DNA of 32,000 nucleotides from Vibrio alginolyticus NBRC 15630 = ATCC 17749 (lineage in GTDB: Bacteria; Pseudomonadota; Gammaproteobacteria; Enterobacterales; Vibrionaceae), in assembly GCF_000354175.2 (NCBI RefSeq), contig NC_022349.1, forward strand, positions 3,090,001-3,122,000, in the 5' to 3' direction. Positions 17,665 to 27,859 of the stretch are shown here, piece by piece. Made by a program: the position numbers and the translations under genes. The notes below the pieces were generated by a model. The model was not told the origin of the DNA. It saw only the letters and a list, made by a program, of their open reading frames with translations, and searched no databases. Numbering within the stretch: position 1 is the first letter of the stretch; the number at the start of each line of letters is the position of its first letter.

Positions 17665-17797
17665 GTCATTCCGACGAGCCTAGGCGAGAGCAGGAATCTT
17701 GTTGAGGCACACTCTTTTACTCAGCGTTTCCCAAAAAATCATCAGTACGTTGGAAACTGATTCTCAATCACGCTCGTTCCTCGCTGTTCAGAATGAC
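17665..17797. repeat. 133-bp element bounded by imperfect ~35-40-nt inverted repeats (MITE/REP-like or structured RNA)
   Basis: Left arm is GTCATTCCGACGAGCCTAGGCGAGAGCAGGAATC (17665-17698). The reverse complement of the right arm is GTCATTCTGAACAGCGAGGAACGAGCGTGATTGAGAATC (17797-17759). Shared blocks are GTCATTCYGA, AGC, AGG, CGAG, GAATC. The terminal 7 bp are perfect (GTCATTC / GAATGAC). Confidence 0.55.
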
Positions 17798-17837
17798 GGA
17801 GGTAGAATGGCTTTTTATCATCATTTGACAGATACAA

Positions 17838-17864
17838 AAAAGGTTGGCACTGAGCCAACCTTTT
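17838..17864. terminator. Intrinsic terminator after lipA (also usable on the + strand)
   Basis: Perfect 11-bp stem AAAAGGTTGGC / GCCAACCTTTT with loop ACTGA. The minus strand continues TTTTTTG and the plus strand continues TTTTCTCTTC. Confidence 0.85.
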
Positions 17865-17899
17865 CTCTTCAAAACAAGCTTTTCAAAACAAGCGAGAGC

Positions 17900-18865
17900 T
17901 TATTTAATCTCGATACCTTGAGCTTGCATATCGGCATGGTAAGAAGAGCGCACAAATGGACCACACGCTGCATGCGTGAAGCCAAGTTCTAGTGCAACTT
18001 CTTTTAGCTCGTCAAACTCAGATGGTGGAACGTAACGTTCTACTGGCAAGTGGTGACGGCTTGGCGCTAAATACTGGCCTAGAGTCAGCATCGTTACGCC
18101 GTGTGCGCGTAGATCTTTCAGTACTTCGATGATTTCTTCTTTGGTTTCACCAAGACCCATCATCAAACCAGACTTGGTCGGTACATCGGGATGCTGCTCT
18201 TTGAACTTCTTAAGAAGCTCAAGTGACCATTTATAGTTCGCACCTGGGCGAGCTTTACGGTAAAGACGTGGCGCTGTTTCTAAGTTGTGGTTGAAGACAT
18301 CTGGCGGATTGTCTTTCATTAGATCAAGCGCTACATCCATGCGACCACGGAAGTCAGGAACCAGTGTTTCAATCTTAATATGCGGGTTTAACGCACGGAT
18401 CTCGCGGTTACAATCGGCAAAGTGTTGTGCACCGCCGTCACGCAGATCGTCACGGTCAACAGAAGTGATTACTACGTATTTCAGCTTCATATCGGCAATG
18501 GTTTTCGCCAGTTTTTGAGGCTCTTCTGCTTCCGGTGGTAATGGGCGGCCATGAGCAACGTCACAGAAAGGACAACGACGAGTACAAATAGCACCTAAGA
18601 TCATGAAGGTTGCTGTACCGTGGTTAAAACATTCCGCTAGGTTCGGGCAAGATGCTTCTTCACATACGGAGTGAAGTTTATTCTTACGCATCGCCGCTTT
18701 GATGTCTTGAATTCGTTGGCTGTCGGCTGGTAGCTTGATCTTCATCCAATCAGGCTTACGTAGCACTTCTTTCTGCTCTGTAGGCATGTTCTTTACGGGA
18801 ATCAATGCCATTTTATCGGCGTCACGATATTTAACGCCTTTTTCCATCTGGATTGGTTTGCTCAT
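17900..18865 (-). CDS. lipA: Lipoyl synthase (radical SAM)
   Basis: 321 aa. Radical-SAM CTRRCPFC plus the N-terminal cluster [12 protein letters not shown]. The ATG overlaps the lipB TGA (ATGA). Confidence 0.97.
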   Translation of the reverse strand: MSKPIQMEKGVKYRDADKMALIPVKNMPTEQKEVLRKPDWMKIKLPADSQRIQDIKAAMRKNKLHSVCEEASCPNLAECFNHGTATFMILGAICTRRCPFCDVAHGRPLPPEAEEPQKLAKTIADMKLKYVVITSVDRDDLRDGGAQHFADCNREIRALNPHIKIETLVPDFRGRMDVALDLMKDNPPDVFNHNLETAPRLYRKARPGANYKWSLELLKKFKEQHPDVPTKSGLMMGLGETKEEIIEVLKDLRAHGVTMLTLGQYLAPSRHHLPVERYVPPSEFDELKEVALELGFTHAACGPFVRSSYHADMQAQGIEIK

Positions 18866-19524
18866 GCTTTATTACCTTGAGAAGGTGCTTCTGTGCTGAA
18901 TTCTACTTGCTCATAATCGAGCAAAGTAACGAGTTCTTCTATTAATTGTTTTTCTACGGCTTCTACATTGTCTGGGCCGCCAAATTGGCTGACCTGAACC
19001 ATTTCCATACCTTCATAACCACAAGGGTTAATACGCAGAAACGGTGTTAAATCCATATTTACGTTCAAGGCTAAACCATGAAACGAGCATCCTTTACGAA
19101 TGCGTAAACCGAGAGAGCATATTTTCTTACCGGCAACGTAGACACCTGGTGCGTCAGGTCGTGCGGCTGAGTCAATATTGTATGCTTTTAGCGTGTTGAT
19201 CACGAGGTTCTCGATTGTGGTAACGAGATCTCGTACACCTAATTTTTTACGGCGTAGGTTGATCAAGAAGTAGGCGACCAACTGACCAGGGCCATGATAC
19301 GTAACCTGGCCTCCGCGATCACTTTGTACAACAGGAATATCGCCAGTGTTAATCAAGTGCTCAGCTTTACCTGCCTGTCCTTGCGTAAATACTGGGTTAT
19401 GTTCTACCAACCAGACTTCATCACGGGTTTCTTCTGTGCGTTGGTCGGTGAACTCATGCATCGCCTTCCATACAGGCTCATAGTCTTGGCGGCCAAGTCG
19501 TTTTACAACAAGTTGGTGTTGCAT
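18862..19524 (-). CDS. lipB: Octanoyltransferase (lipoyl(octanoyl) transferase)
   Basis: 220 aa, collinear with E. coli LipB ([43 protein letters not shown]). Confidence 0.95.
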   Translation of the reverse strand: MQHQLVVKRLGRQDYEPVWKAMHEFTDQRTEETRDEVWLVEHNPVFTQGQAGKAEHLINTGDIPVVQSDRGGQVTYHGPGQLVAYFLINLRRKKLGVRDLVTTIENLVINTLKAYNIDSAARPDAPGVYVAGKKICSLGLRIRKGCSFHGLALNVNMDLTPFLRINPCGYEGMEMVQVSQFGGPDNVEAVEKQLIEELVTLLDYEQVEFSTEAPSQGNKA

Positions 19525-19653
19525 GGGAATTCCTGTTGCTAATATATAAAGTTTTTGGATTATAAACCGGATAACCCTGATGCTCTACCGCTGCGTAACG
19601 GATTTTTAACTGAAAGTGATGTAAAGCCTCGTTATCTCTTTGATAAATAAAAA

Positions 19654-19675
19654 GAAAGCAGCCAAGGCTGCTTTC
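19654..19675 (-). terminator. Intrinsic terminator after ybeD
   Basis: GAAAGCAGCC-AA-GGCTGCTTTC palindrome. The minus strand continues TTTTTATTTAT. Confidence 0.75.
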
Positions 19676-19700
19676 AAAAAAAATTTAATATATCAAAAAA

Positions 19701-19979
19701 TTATAGAACCATGCGTACGATGTCAATTTCACCTAACTCTTTGTACAGTGTCTCAACCTGCTCGATAGAGGTTGCAGTAATGTTGATTGACACAGAGTGG
19801 TAGTTGCCCTTAGCACTTGGTTTAACGGTCGGGCTGTAGTCACCTGGAGCATGGCGCTGAATAACTTCAAGAACAAGCTCTGGAAGTTCAGGCTTTGCAT
19901 GACCCATTACCTTGTAAGTAAATGAACAAGGGAACTCAAGCAGGTCTTTTAATTTTGCATCAGAGTTGATGGTTAGCAT
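19701..19979 (-). CDS. ybeD: YbeD-family (DUF493) protein
   Basis: 92 aa. [14 protein letters not shown] ... [25 protein letters not shown] ... [21 protein letters not shown] is nearly collinear with E. coli YbeD. Confidence 0.9.
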
Positions 19980-20062
19980 ATCGATAACTCCAGTAGATAT
20001 TCGTTGCGGTGCGAAATAGTACAGTCAAATTAGGGGGAACTCAAGACGAGGAGCTCAAACTT

Positions 20063-20088
20063 AAAAAGCCGCCCATTCAGGCGGCTTT
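20063..20088 (-). terminator. Intrinsic terminator after dacA
   Basis: AAAGCCGCC-CATTCA-GGCGGCTTT. The minus strand continues TTTTTAAG. Confidence 0.75.
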
Positions 20089-20118
20089 GCGAATAAGTTT
20101 GCTACTCTAATGTTCTTT

Positions 20119-21297
20119 TTAGAAGAAGCTCTTGAATAACAATACGATGTAATCCCACATGCGGCTAAATAGACTACCTTGCTCTACGGTTTCTAGTGCC
20201 ATTAGTGGGTATTCGGCAATATCTTCACCATCGATCTGATAGTATAGCTTACCAACTACATCACCTTTATTAATTGGGGCTTCTAGCTCTTTTTCAAGGA
20301 CGAAGCTTGCTTTTAGGTTTTTCGCTTCACCACGCGGTAGTGTTACGTAAGTATCTTGGTCAAGACCCAGTGCTACGGTGTCTTTGTTACCCATCCACAC
20401 TTTTTCTTCTACGAACGTTTCACCTGCTTTGTGCGGTGCCACTGTTTCGAAGAAACGGAAGCCGTAGCTTAGCAGCTTTTTACTTTCTGACTTACGAGCA
20501 TTGGCATCTTTAGTACCCATAACGACCGCAACCAAGCGCATTTGACCTTCAGTTGCTGAACTTACTAGGCTGTAACCCGCATTACTTGTGTGACCCGTTT
20601 TGATACCGTCAACGTTCATGCTCTTATCCCAAAGTAGACCGTTACGGTTGTATTGGGTGATGCCGTTGTAAGTAAATTTCTTCTCTGAGTACACTCGGTA
20701 CTCATTTGGTACGTCACGGATAAGTGCTTTACCCAGCAGAGCCATGTCGTATGGTGTTGAGTACAACTCTGCGTTATCTAAGCCATGAACGTTGGCAAAG
20801 TGCGAGTTAGTCATACCCAATGTGTTGGCCCAAGCGTTCATTAGGTCAACAAACGCATCTTCTGAACCTGCAATATGTTCTGCCATCGCAACACAGGCAT
20901 CGTTACCTGACTGGACGATGATACCTCGGTTCAGGTCACGTACTTTAACTGTTGTGCCTACTTCAATGAACATCTTTGATGAATCAGGGAAGTTTTTCGC
21001 CCACGCATTTTTACTGATGGTGACATCATCATCTTCTGAGATATTACCACGCGCTAGCTCTTGGCCGATTACATAGCTGGTCATCATCTTAGTCAGACTA
21101 GCTGGAGACAATTTTGTGTTCATCTCTTTCTCTGCCAGTACTTTACCTGAATGGTAATCCATCAGCACGTAGCCCTTCGCCGCGATTTGAGGGGCATCTG
21201 GAACAACGATAGGTGATGCAAGAGCAGATTGAGCGAAAGTTGCAGAAAGGGCAACCGAAGAAACGAGAATAGATTTCACAAACTTATTTTTATTCAT
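20119..21297 (-). CDS. dacA: D-alanyl-D-alanine carboxypeptidase (PBP5/6 class)
   Basis: 392 aa. Signal peptide, SxxK (SLTKMMT), SxN (SGND), KTG (KTGHT), and a C-terminal amphipathic anchor. Confidence 0.92.
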   Translation of the reverse strand: MNKNKFVKSILVSSVALSATFAQSALASPIVVPDAPQIAAKGYVLMDYHSGKVLAEKEMNTKLSPASLTKMMTSYVIGQELARGNISEDDDVTISKNAWAKNFPDSSKMFIEVGTTVKVRDLNRGIIVQSGNDACVAMAEHIAGSEDAFVDLMNAWANTLGMTNSHFANVHGLDNAELYSTPYDMALLGKALIRDVPNEYRVYSEKKFTYNGITQYNRNGLLWDKSMNVDGIKTGHTSNAGYSLVSSATEGQMRLVAVVMGTKDANARKSESKKLLSYGFRFFETVAPHKAGETFVEEKVWMGNKDTVALGLDQDTYVTLPRGEAKNLKASFVLEKELEAPINKGDVVGKLYYQIDGEDIAEYPLMALETVEQGSLFSRMWDYIVLLFKSFF

Positions 21298-21388
21298 GGT
21301 AATTCAAATTTTTGGGTTAACTGCAGACATCTTATCAGAATCCCTAGTTATGTAAGAGGGGGATCAAAGAGAAATTCATGACACGAGG

Positions 21389-22192
21389 TCATTTGGCAGT
21401 GTTGTGTTTTTTAATAAATGCAGACGAATAGCCGAGCAACTTTACTTTATCTAATGTGGCTTGCGTCAGGGAATAGTCAGTAAATGGCCCTAACAACAAG
21501 CGATAAGACTCTTTCGCACTCTCTAGGAAAGTTTCTGTATCCAATTTTTGACCAAGCTCGGTACCTAAAGTTCGCGCGCGTTCTTCATTTTTTGATGATG
21601 CCACTTGAATAACGTACCTAGGGTGCGCTTCTAATGACTTTTTGTCCGTGGGCTGATTGATACTGATCACTTCAATTTCCACGTTCGCGGTGCCTGTTTT
21701 TATGACATCTAACTTGTGCGCGGCGGCATAGCTTAAATCAATGATACGGCCATCGTGAAAAGGACCTCGGTCATTAACTCGTACTATGGTGGTTTTGCCG
21801 TTGTCAGTATTGGTAACTTTTACGTAACTTGGTAACGGTAGCGTTTTATGCGCTGCCGTCATTGAGTACATGTCATAGATTTCGCCATTAGAAGTCAAAT
21901 GACCTTGGAATTTTTTCCCATACCAAGATGCGCGGCCTTTTTCTTTAAAGCCTTTCGCATTGCGAACTATTTTGTAGTCTTTGCCTCGCAAGTGGTAATC
22001 TTTGTTCCCACCTAGGCTGTACGGTTCATATTTAGGATGCGCATCCTCGATGTGTTCGACTGAAAGCGGTGTATCCGGTGCAACATCGGATTCGAGTTCG
22101 TAACGGCCTTCTTGTTCTTTTTGGCTAGTTGATGAACAACCTGCCAAAATAAGAGCAGAGAAAACCAAGGAATATAAAGCGCGTTTTTGCAT
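21389..22192 (-). CDS. rlpA: Septal ring lytic transglycosylase RlpA-family lipoprotein with C-terminal SPOR domain
   Basis: 267 aa. Lipobox LILAGCSS. DPBB region (ASWYG...TSNGE...AAHKTLPLPSYVKVTN...VRVNDRGPF). SPOR-like C-terminus (YVIQVASS...LLGPF). Confidence 0.9.
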   Translation of the reverse strand: MQKRALYSLVFSALILAGCSSTSQKEQEGRYELESDVAPDTPLSVEHIEDAHPKYEPYSLGGNKDYHLRGKDYKIVRNAKGFKEKGRASWYGKKFQGHLTSNGEIYDMYSMTAAHKTLPLPSYVKVTNTDNGKTTIVRVNDRGPFHDGRIIDLSYAAAHKLDVIKTGTANVEIEVISINQPTDKKSLEAHPRYVIQVASSKNEERARTLGTELGQKLDTETFLESAKESYRLLLGPFTDYSLTQATLDKVKLLGYSSAFIKKHNTAK

Positions 22193-22194
22193 GT

Positions 22195-23316
22195 CTAGGT
22201 CGCCTTAGAGAATGCTTTTCGGTGCGTATGAATCGACATCAGAATACCAAAACCAGCCATCAAGGTTACCATTGATGTGCCGCCATAACTGATGAGTGGC
22301 AACGGTACACCTACTACAGGTAGGATGCCACTTACCATGCCAATATTTACAAAAATATACACGAAGAAGCTGAGTACAATACTGCCTGCCATCATTCGTC
22401 CAAATGCGGTTTGCGCTTGGCTGGCGAGATATAAACCTCGTCCAATAATAAATAGATAGATGGCTAAAAGGCAAAGGAAGCCAATCATACCCCATTCTTC
22501 AGCAATTACTGCAAAGATAAAGTCAGTGTGTCGTTCTGGAAGAAATTCTAGTTGTGACTGCGTACCTTGCAACCAACCTTTGCCGGAAATACCACCGGAG
22601 CCAATCGCAATTTTACTCTGAATAATGTGGTAGCCCGCTCCTAGCGGATCAGATTCCGGGTTAAATAGAGTACGAACTCGCACTTTTTGATACTCTCGCA
22701 TCAAGAAAAACCACAGAATTGGAATGAAACCACCTAATGCAATCGCAGCACCAGCGATGATTTTCCAGCTAATGCCGGCGAGGAAGATAACAAAAATACC
22801 GGAAGCGGCGATCAGGATCGAGGTACCTAAGTCAGGCTGCTTTGCAATGAGAATGGTTGGTAAGCAGACCATAATCAGTGCAACAATGAGTGTTTTTAGC
22901 GTTGGTGGAAGGGGCTGTCTACCGACATAGCGAGCCACCATTAATGGCACTGCGAGCTTCAATAGCTCTGACGGTTGAAAGCGCACAAAACCGAGGTTAA
23001 GCCAACGCTGCGCGCCTTTCGATGCTTCACCGAAAAACAGCACGCCGAAAAGCAGTATAACGCCACCAACGAACATCAAAGGTGCCAAGCTTTCGTAAGT
23101 TCGTGGAGAAAGCTGTGCAAGGACGAGCATCACAACGAGTGAAAGCACCATTCGCATGGCTTGGCGATCCATCATCAGTAAACTTTGGCCACTGGCGCTG
23201 TACATGATCACCAGGCCAAACCCCATCAGGGCCAGTATGCCAAGTAGGAGTGGTAAGTCGATATGGAAGCGTTCAAACAGGGCGCGATTTTTACCTGTAG
23301 AGGGATCCATCTTCAT
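22195..23316 (-). CDS. mrdB: SEDS-family peptidoglycan glycosyltransferase RodA
   Basis: 373-aa polytopic membrane protein. Conserved RodA blocks ([40 protein letters not shown]). The ATG overlaps the mrdA TAA (TAATG). Confidence 0.95.
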   Translation of the reverse strand: MKMDPSTGKNRALFERFHIDLPLLLGILALMGFGLVIMYSASGQSLLMMDRQAMRMVLSLVVMLVLAQLSPRTYESLAPLMFVGGVILLFGVLFFGEASKGAQRWLNLGFVRFQPSELLKLAVPLMVARYVGRQPLPPTLKTLIVALIMVCLPTILIAKQPDLGTSILIAASGIFVIFLAGISWKIIAGAAIALGGFIPILWFFLMREYQKVRVRTLFNPESDPLGAGYHIIQSKIAIGSGGISGKGWLQGTQSQLEFLPERHTDFIFAVIAEEWGMIGFLCLLAIYLFIIGRGLYLASQAQTAFGRMMAGSIVLSFFVYIFVNIGMVSGILPVVGVPLPLISYGGTSMVTLMAGFGILMSIHTHRKAFSKAT

Positions 23317-25232
23317 TACTGTTTTACCTTTTTCTTCGCATTGTTTTCAGGCTCAATTTCTTCTGGACCAAGAACGACTCGGTCAAAAATTTTCCTTACT
23401 ACTGGGGCACCGTTACTAGAACCACCACCGGCATTTTCTAGTACTACAGTGACGACCACTTTAGGATCATCAAATGGTGCAAAGCCAGTAAATAACGCAT
23501 GGTCACGTAAGTGCTCGGCGATCTCATCGGCGTTGTACTCTTCGTTTTCACCCAGACCGAAGACCTGTGCAGTACCTGATTTACCCGCTGTTTCATAATT
23601 CATTTTGTAGAATGAGCGGCGAGCTGTTCCGCGCGTGCCATGGTTTACCCGACGCATGCCTTCTTTCGCCATATCCCAGTACTTTTTAGGCACATTCTTG
23701 ATTGGTGGGTAAGTCACGTATTCTGTCGTTTGCTGCTCTTCGAAGTCGTTACCATTTTCTATCGTCGCTTTGAGCAAGTGAGGTGCGATCACTTCTCCCT
23801 CGTTTACTAATACGGAGGTTGCTTTGGCGATTTGCATTGGTGTTGCTGTCCAATATCCTTGGCCGATACCCACAGGGATCGTATCACCTTTATACCATGG
23901 GGTTTTATGGCGAGACATTTTCCAGTCACGAGTCGGCATATTCGCCTTACTTTCTTCGTAGATATCAATGCCAGTGTAATCACCAAAACCGAACATCATC
24001 ATCCAATTCGAAATACGGTCAATACCCATGTCATAAGCGATTTGATAGTAGAAGGTATCAACAGACTCTTCGATCGACTTAATGATATCGACGCGCCCGT
24101 GCCCCCAACGCAACCAGTCACGAAACGGGCGTGTGTTGGAGTTTGGTATGCGCCAATAACCAGGGTCATTTCGTGTGGTGTTAGGTGTGACGACACCTTC
24201 TTGCAGCGCGGCTACCGCCATAAATGGTTTGATGGTAGAGGCCGGAGGGTAAATGCCAAGTGTAGTGCGGTTGACCAAAGGACGGTTTTTATCGTTCAAA
24301 AGGGCACGATAGTCTTTACCTGAGATTCCGTGCACGAACGAGTTAGGATCGTAGCTAGGACTTGAAACCATAGCCAGTACACCGTTGTCTCTAGGATCGA
24401 TCACTACAGCACTGCCTCTGCGGCCATCCAATAATTGGTGTACGTACAGCTGCAAGTTGATATCAAGGTTTAAAACGATGTCTTTTCCGGGTACAGGTGG
24501 AACGTACTTTAACGTACGAATTACTCGGCCGCGGCTGTTTACCTCGACTTCTTGATATCCGGCTGTACCGTGTAAGAGGTCTTCGTAGTATTTTTCAATA
24601 CCCAGCTTACCAATGTCGCGAGTGGCTTGATAGTTTGCGTCTTTTTCTTCTCGGATCAGGCGCTGCATGTCGCGATCATTGATTCGAGAAACGTAACCAA
24701 TCACGTGGGTTAAGACTTCGCTGAAAGGGTAGTAGCGCTTTAAGGTCGCACTTATTTCCACACCCGGAAAGCGGTACTGATTGACGGAGAATACCGCTAC
24801 TTGTTTTTCGTTCAGTTGGGTAAGCAGTGGGACCGATTTAAATCGACGAGTCCGTTTACGCTCGTGGTGGAAACGTTCAATCTGGTCTGGTGTAATTTCC
24901 AGAATAGTTTGTAATTCTTGGATGGTTGCATCAATGTCTTTAATTTTTTCTGGGGTCAGTTCTAAGTTAAAGACGGGACGGTTCTCTGCCAGTAAAACGC
25001 CATTTCGGTCATAAATTAGACCTCGGTTAGGCGCGATAGGCACCACTTTGATGCGGTTATCGTTCGAGCGGGTTTGATAGTCTTGAAACTGGTTCACCTG
25101 AATGTTGTACATGTTGGCAACCAGAGCTCCCATCAAGACAACAATGCCGATAAAAGCAACAATAGCGCGGCTGGCAAACAGACGCGCTTCGGCTTGATAA
25201 TCTCGGATTTGACTGCGGCGTTTACGAATCAT
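23316..25232 (-). CDS. mrdA: Penicillin-binding protein 2 (elongasome transpeptidase)
   Basis: 638 aa. N-terminal TM, SxxK (STIKPF), KSG (GKSGTAQV). Position upstream of rodA. Confidence 0.95.
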   Translation of the reverse strand: MIRKRRSQIRDYQAEARLFASRAIVAFIGIVVLMGALVANMYNIQVNQFQDYQTRSNDNRIKVVPIAPNRGLIYDRNGVLLAENRPVFNLELTPEKIKDIDATIQELQTILEITPDQIERFHHERKRTRRFKSVPLLTQLNEKQVAVFSVNQYRFPGVEISATLKRYYPFSEVLTHVIGYVSRINDRDMQRLIREEKDANYQATRDIGKLGIEKYYEDLLHGTAGYQEVEVNSRGRVIRTLKYVPPVPGKDIVLNLDINLQLYVHQLLDGRRGSAVVIDPRDNGVLAMVSSPSYDPNSFVHGISGKDYRALLNDKNRPLVNRTTLGIYPPASTIKPFMAVAALQEGVVTPNTTRNDPGYWRIPNSNTRPFRDWLRWGHGRVDIIKSIEESVDTFYYQIAYDMGIDRISNWMMMFGFGDYTGIDIYEESKANMPTRDWKMSRHKTPWYKGDTIPVGIGQGYWTATPMQIAKATSVLVNEGEVIAPHLLKATIENGNDFEEQQTTEYVTYPPIKNVPKKYWDMAKEGMRRVNHGTRGTARRSFYKMNYETAGKSGTAQVFGLGENEEYNADEIAEHLRDHALFTGFAPFDDPKVVVTVVLENAGGGSSNGAPVVRKIFDRVVLGPEEIEPENNAKKKVKQ

Positions 25233-25261
25233 TAACGCTTGGCTCTAAAGTTAAACAACGA

Positions 25262-25732
25262 TTATTCGCGATGATAAGGGTGGTTAGCGGTGATGCTCCA
25301 CGCTCGGTATAAGCTTTCTGCCATTACGATACGCACTAGAGGGTGGGGTAGCGTTAAGGCAGATAATGACCAGCTTTGGTCTGCTGCAGCTTTGCATGCA
25401 GGAGCGAGTCCTTCAGGACCGCCGATTAATATTGATACATCACGGCCATCTAATTTCCAAGCTTCTAACTGCTCAGCGAGTTGAGGAGTGTCCCATTTTT
25501 TACCTGGGATATCTAACGTGACGATACGGTTGCCTTTTGGTACCGCCGCGAGCATCGCTTCTCCTTCTTTTTGCAGGATGCGAGCGATATCGGCATTCTT
25601 ACCACGCTTGCCAGCAGAGATTTCAATCAACTCCAACGGCATATCATGCGGGAAACGGCGACGATATTCTTGAAAGCCTTCCTCAACCCATTTTGGCATT
25701 TTTGTGCCAACAGCAATTAGTTGAATTTTCAA
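25262..25732 (-). CDS. rlmH: 23S rRNA (pseudouridine1915-N3)-methyltransferase
   Basis: 156 aa, nearly collinear with E. coli RlmH ([13 protein letters not shown]..., [22 protein letters not shown]). Confidence 0.95.
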   Translation of the reverse strand: MKIQLIAVGTKMPKWVEEGFQEYRRRFPHDMPLELIEISAGKRGKNADIARILQKEGEAMLAAVPKGNRIVTLDIPGKKWDTPQLAEQLEAWKLDGRDVSILIGGPEGLAPACKAAADQSWSLSALTLPHPLVRIVMAESLYRAWSITANHPYHRE

Positions 25733-25736
25733 AAGA

Positions 25737-26054
25737 TTAACCCCAGAGTTTTTCTAGCTGGTAGAGTTCGCGGTGCTCTTCTTGCATCACGTGAAGCATG
25801 GCGTCGCCCATATCTAGGACTACCCATTCACCTTCGTTTTCACCTTCCATTCCTAGTGGCTCAAGACCGGCTTTTTTCACTTCTGTTGCAACATGGTCAG
25901 CGATGGATGAAACGTGGCGTTTGGATGTACCAGTACAGATGATCATGTAATCTGTCACGCTTGATTTATCTTCCACATTTAGGACGATAATGTCTTCCGC
26001 TTTCATGTCGTCGGCTTTATCAGCTAAAAAGTCTTTCAGTTCTTCGCGAAGCAC
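25737..26054 (-). CDS. rsfS: Ribosomal silencing factor RsfS
   Basis: 105 aa with a GTG start preceded by [25 protein letters not shown] ... [12 protein letters not shown] ... HVMQEE.R.LY.LEKLW matches RsfS/YbeB. Confidence 0.92.
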   Translation of the reverse strand: MLREELKDFLADKADDMKAEDIIVLNVEDKSSVTDYMIICTGTSKRHVSSIADHVATEVKKAGLEPLGMEGENEGEWVVLDMGDAMLHVMQEEHRELYQLEKLWG

Positions 26055-26142
26055 TCGGTTTTCCTCGGTTTGTCTCTTATCTCTACAGTGTTTTACATTC
26101 TTGCTTGCAAAACAGGTCGCGCACTATATCACGCTTTGATTT

Positions 26143-27162
26143 TTAAATTGCCAGCTTAATATCAGGAGAGCAGGTTTCTAAGCTCAACTGATGAATAGTT
26201 GGCCATACAGACTCGTCATATTGAGTTTTGGCTTTTATCTCTGCTTGAGCCAACAAGGAGAGCAATGCACAAATACGACTCGCCGATAAGCGGGTCAGTG
26301 CTGCGTTATAGAGTGGACGCTTGTTTTGCCAAACTCGATATTTCTCAAATACCTGGTTCATTCCCATTTGAGTTAAGTCTTGATGCATATTTAAAAGTTG
26401 GCTCAACTCTTTTTGTACACTTCGAATCAAGATCACGGTCTCGACTCCTTCCGCCTCAAGTTGGCGAAGAATACGTTGTGCACGGTTTGCTTTACCTGCC
26501 AGTAAGGCGTCGATCCAGTTAAAGGTAGTGAAGTGATTATGGCGACTTAGGGCTTCCTCTAAACGTATGATAGTCAGCTCACCATCCGGATAGAGTAGGG
26601 CCAATTTCTCTAAGCTTTGTGACAATGCAAATAGGTTACCTTCATGCCATTGAGCCAACATTTGCAGTGATTGTTGATCGGGTTTTAGTCCCAACGTGCG
26701 GCAACGTGTCTGAATGAACATAGGTAAGCGTTGTAGATCTGGCGACAAGCAGCTTACCCAATCGCCTTTTGAGCTTAATGCTTTGAACCATTTCGCATTT
26801 TCTTGGGCTTTGGTCAGTTTGCTACCAACAATGACGAGCATGATGTCATCATGAAGCATATCACACAGTGTTTGCAGCTCTTTGCTGACGGCGGTTGTTA
26901 CGCCACTTTCAGGAATTTCAAGCTCAATCAGTTGACGGTTTGAAAACAGGCTCATCGCTTGGAAACAGTCGTAAACTTGATTCCAGTCGATGCTAGCATC
27001 CACCGCAAAACGGTGTTTTTCCTCAAAACCTTGCTGAAACGATGCCTTTTGGATTGCTTGGCGGCTTTCTTGAATCAGTAACGGCTCATTACCAAAGATT
27101 AGGTAAACCTGTTTAACGTGTTTAGTTAAATGATCCGTTAATTTATCGGCATAAATTCGCAT
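26143..27162 (-). CDS. holA: DNA polymerase III subunit delta
   Basis: 339 aa. The N-terminus (YLIFGNEPLLIQES) and overall length match HolA. Position after lptE. Confidence 0.9.
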   Translation of the reverse strand: MRIYADKLTDHLTKHVKQVYLIFGNEPLLIQESRQAIQKASFQQGFEEKHRFAVDASIDWNQVYDCFQAMSLFSNRQLIELEIPESGVTTAVSKELQTLCDMLHDDIMLVIVGSKLTKAQENAKWFKALSSKGDWVSCLSPDLQRLPMFIQTRCRTLGLKPDQQSLQMLAQWHEGNLFALSQSLEKLALLYPDGELTIIRLEEALSRHNHFTTFNWIDALLAGKANRAQRILRQLEAEGVETVILIRSVQKELSQLLNMHQDLTQMGMNQVFEKYRVWQNKRPLYNAALTRLSASRICALLSLLAQAEIKAKTQYDESVWPTIHQLSLETCSPDIKLAI

Positions 27163-27167
27163 AGTGA

Positions 27168-27707
27168 TTAAGAGTTTGTGTTCGCTGGCTCAGAGATTTG
27201 TCCTGCTTCATATTCGGCACGAATACGGCCCAACTGGCGCATCATTTGTTTTGCAGCTTGCAAGCGCATCTCGTCTTCAATTACGTCACGCTCAACAGAT
27301 TTTGCAAGTGCAGTCAACGGGTTGTCTAGGTAGTTGCGGTTTACTGTTGTCGTAAAGTTTTTAGAACCATAGCCAGGAATCGTCACACGGTATTTTACTA
27401 CGTATGTCAGCTCTTTTTCTGCTGCACGGCTATTTTGATAAAGCGATAGTGTACGCTCATCGATTGTCGCTTCCGTCAAATGAAGGTTGGGTACCGTCGA
27501 TGATGGTTGAACAAGTTCAACTTTGTTCAGTTCGAGTTGAGAGCGAACATAGCGAGTTAATTCACTGTATTCATCGTAGCTGGAGAAAGACATAGTGTGC
27601 AGCTCTTCCGGTACGGAATACTCGCCGCGAAGGTGAAAACCACAGGCAGAAAGAAGCCCCGCTAATACCAATACCACTGGTAGTTTAATCAAAGAGAAAA
27701 AGCGCAT
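27168..27707 (-). CDS. lptE: LPS assembly lipoprotein LptE
   Basis: 179 aa. Lipobox LLSACGFHLRG. NYLDNPLTALAKSVERDVIEDEM resembles the E. coli LptE C-terminal block. Confidence 0.88.
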   Translation of the reverse strand: MRFFSLIKLPVVLVLAGLLSACGFHLRGEYSVPEELHTMSFSSYDEYSELTRYVRSQLELNKVELVQPSSTVPNLHLTEATIDERTLSLYQNSRAAEKELTYVVKYRVTIPGYGSKNFTTTVNRNYLDNPLTALAKSVERDVIEDEMRLQAAKQMMRQLGRIRAEYEAGQISEPANTNS

Positions 27708-27735
27708 TGATTGTATTCATCCTAAATTGAAGGGG

Positions 27736-27779
27736 TTATTTACCTTAAACCACTCATGTGAATGGTTTGAGGTAAATAA
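27736..27779 (-). other. Long imperfect hairpin in the leuS-lptE spacer
   Basis: TTATTTACCT.AAACCA-N10-TGGTTT.AGGTAAATAA: 16 paired positions with one internal mismatch. Confidence 0.45.
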
Positions 27780-27803
27780 ACAGGGTAGAAAACTACCCTG
27801 TTT
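27778..27803 (-). terminator. Hairpin after leuS (possible terminator or attenuator)
   Basis: On the minus strand AAACAGGGTAG-TTTT-CTACCCTGTTT (perfect 11 bp) is followed by ATTTACC. Confidence 0.5.
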
Positions 27804-27859
27804 AATGACTCTTGGTTAACAAATAAGTTCGCTACACAGAGACAAATTGACAGCTGCGA

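Noticed and set aside
17625-17705. 26-codon sORF (MATNTVPFNISKPRHSDEPRREQESC) directly after AAGGAG
   Set aside because: The ATG abuts the AGGAG with no spacer, which is too close for a functional SD. Half of the peptide is simply the left repeat arm read through. It is kept only as a possibility under the sRNA/MITE finding.
17699-17992. 97-aa plus-strand ORF in the glyA-lipA spacer
   Set aside because: It starts inside the inverted-repeat element, reads through the strong terminator hairpin at 17838-17864 and overlaps the lipA 3' end antisense. It has no RBS.
23783-24323. 99-aa and 163-aa plus-strand ORFs inside mrdA
   Set aside because: They are antisense to a highly conserved PBP2 coding sequence, have no RBS or promoter signals, and have an Arg/His-rich shadow composition.
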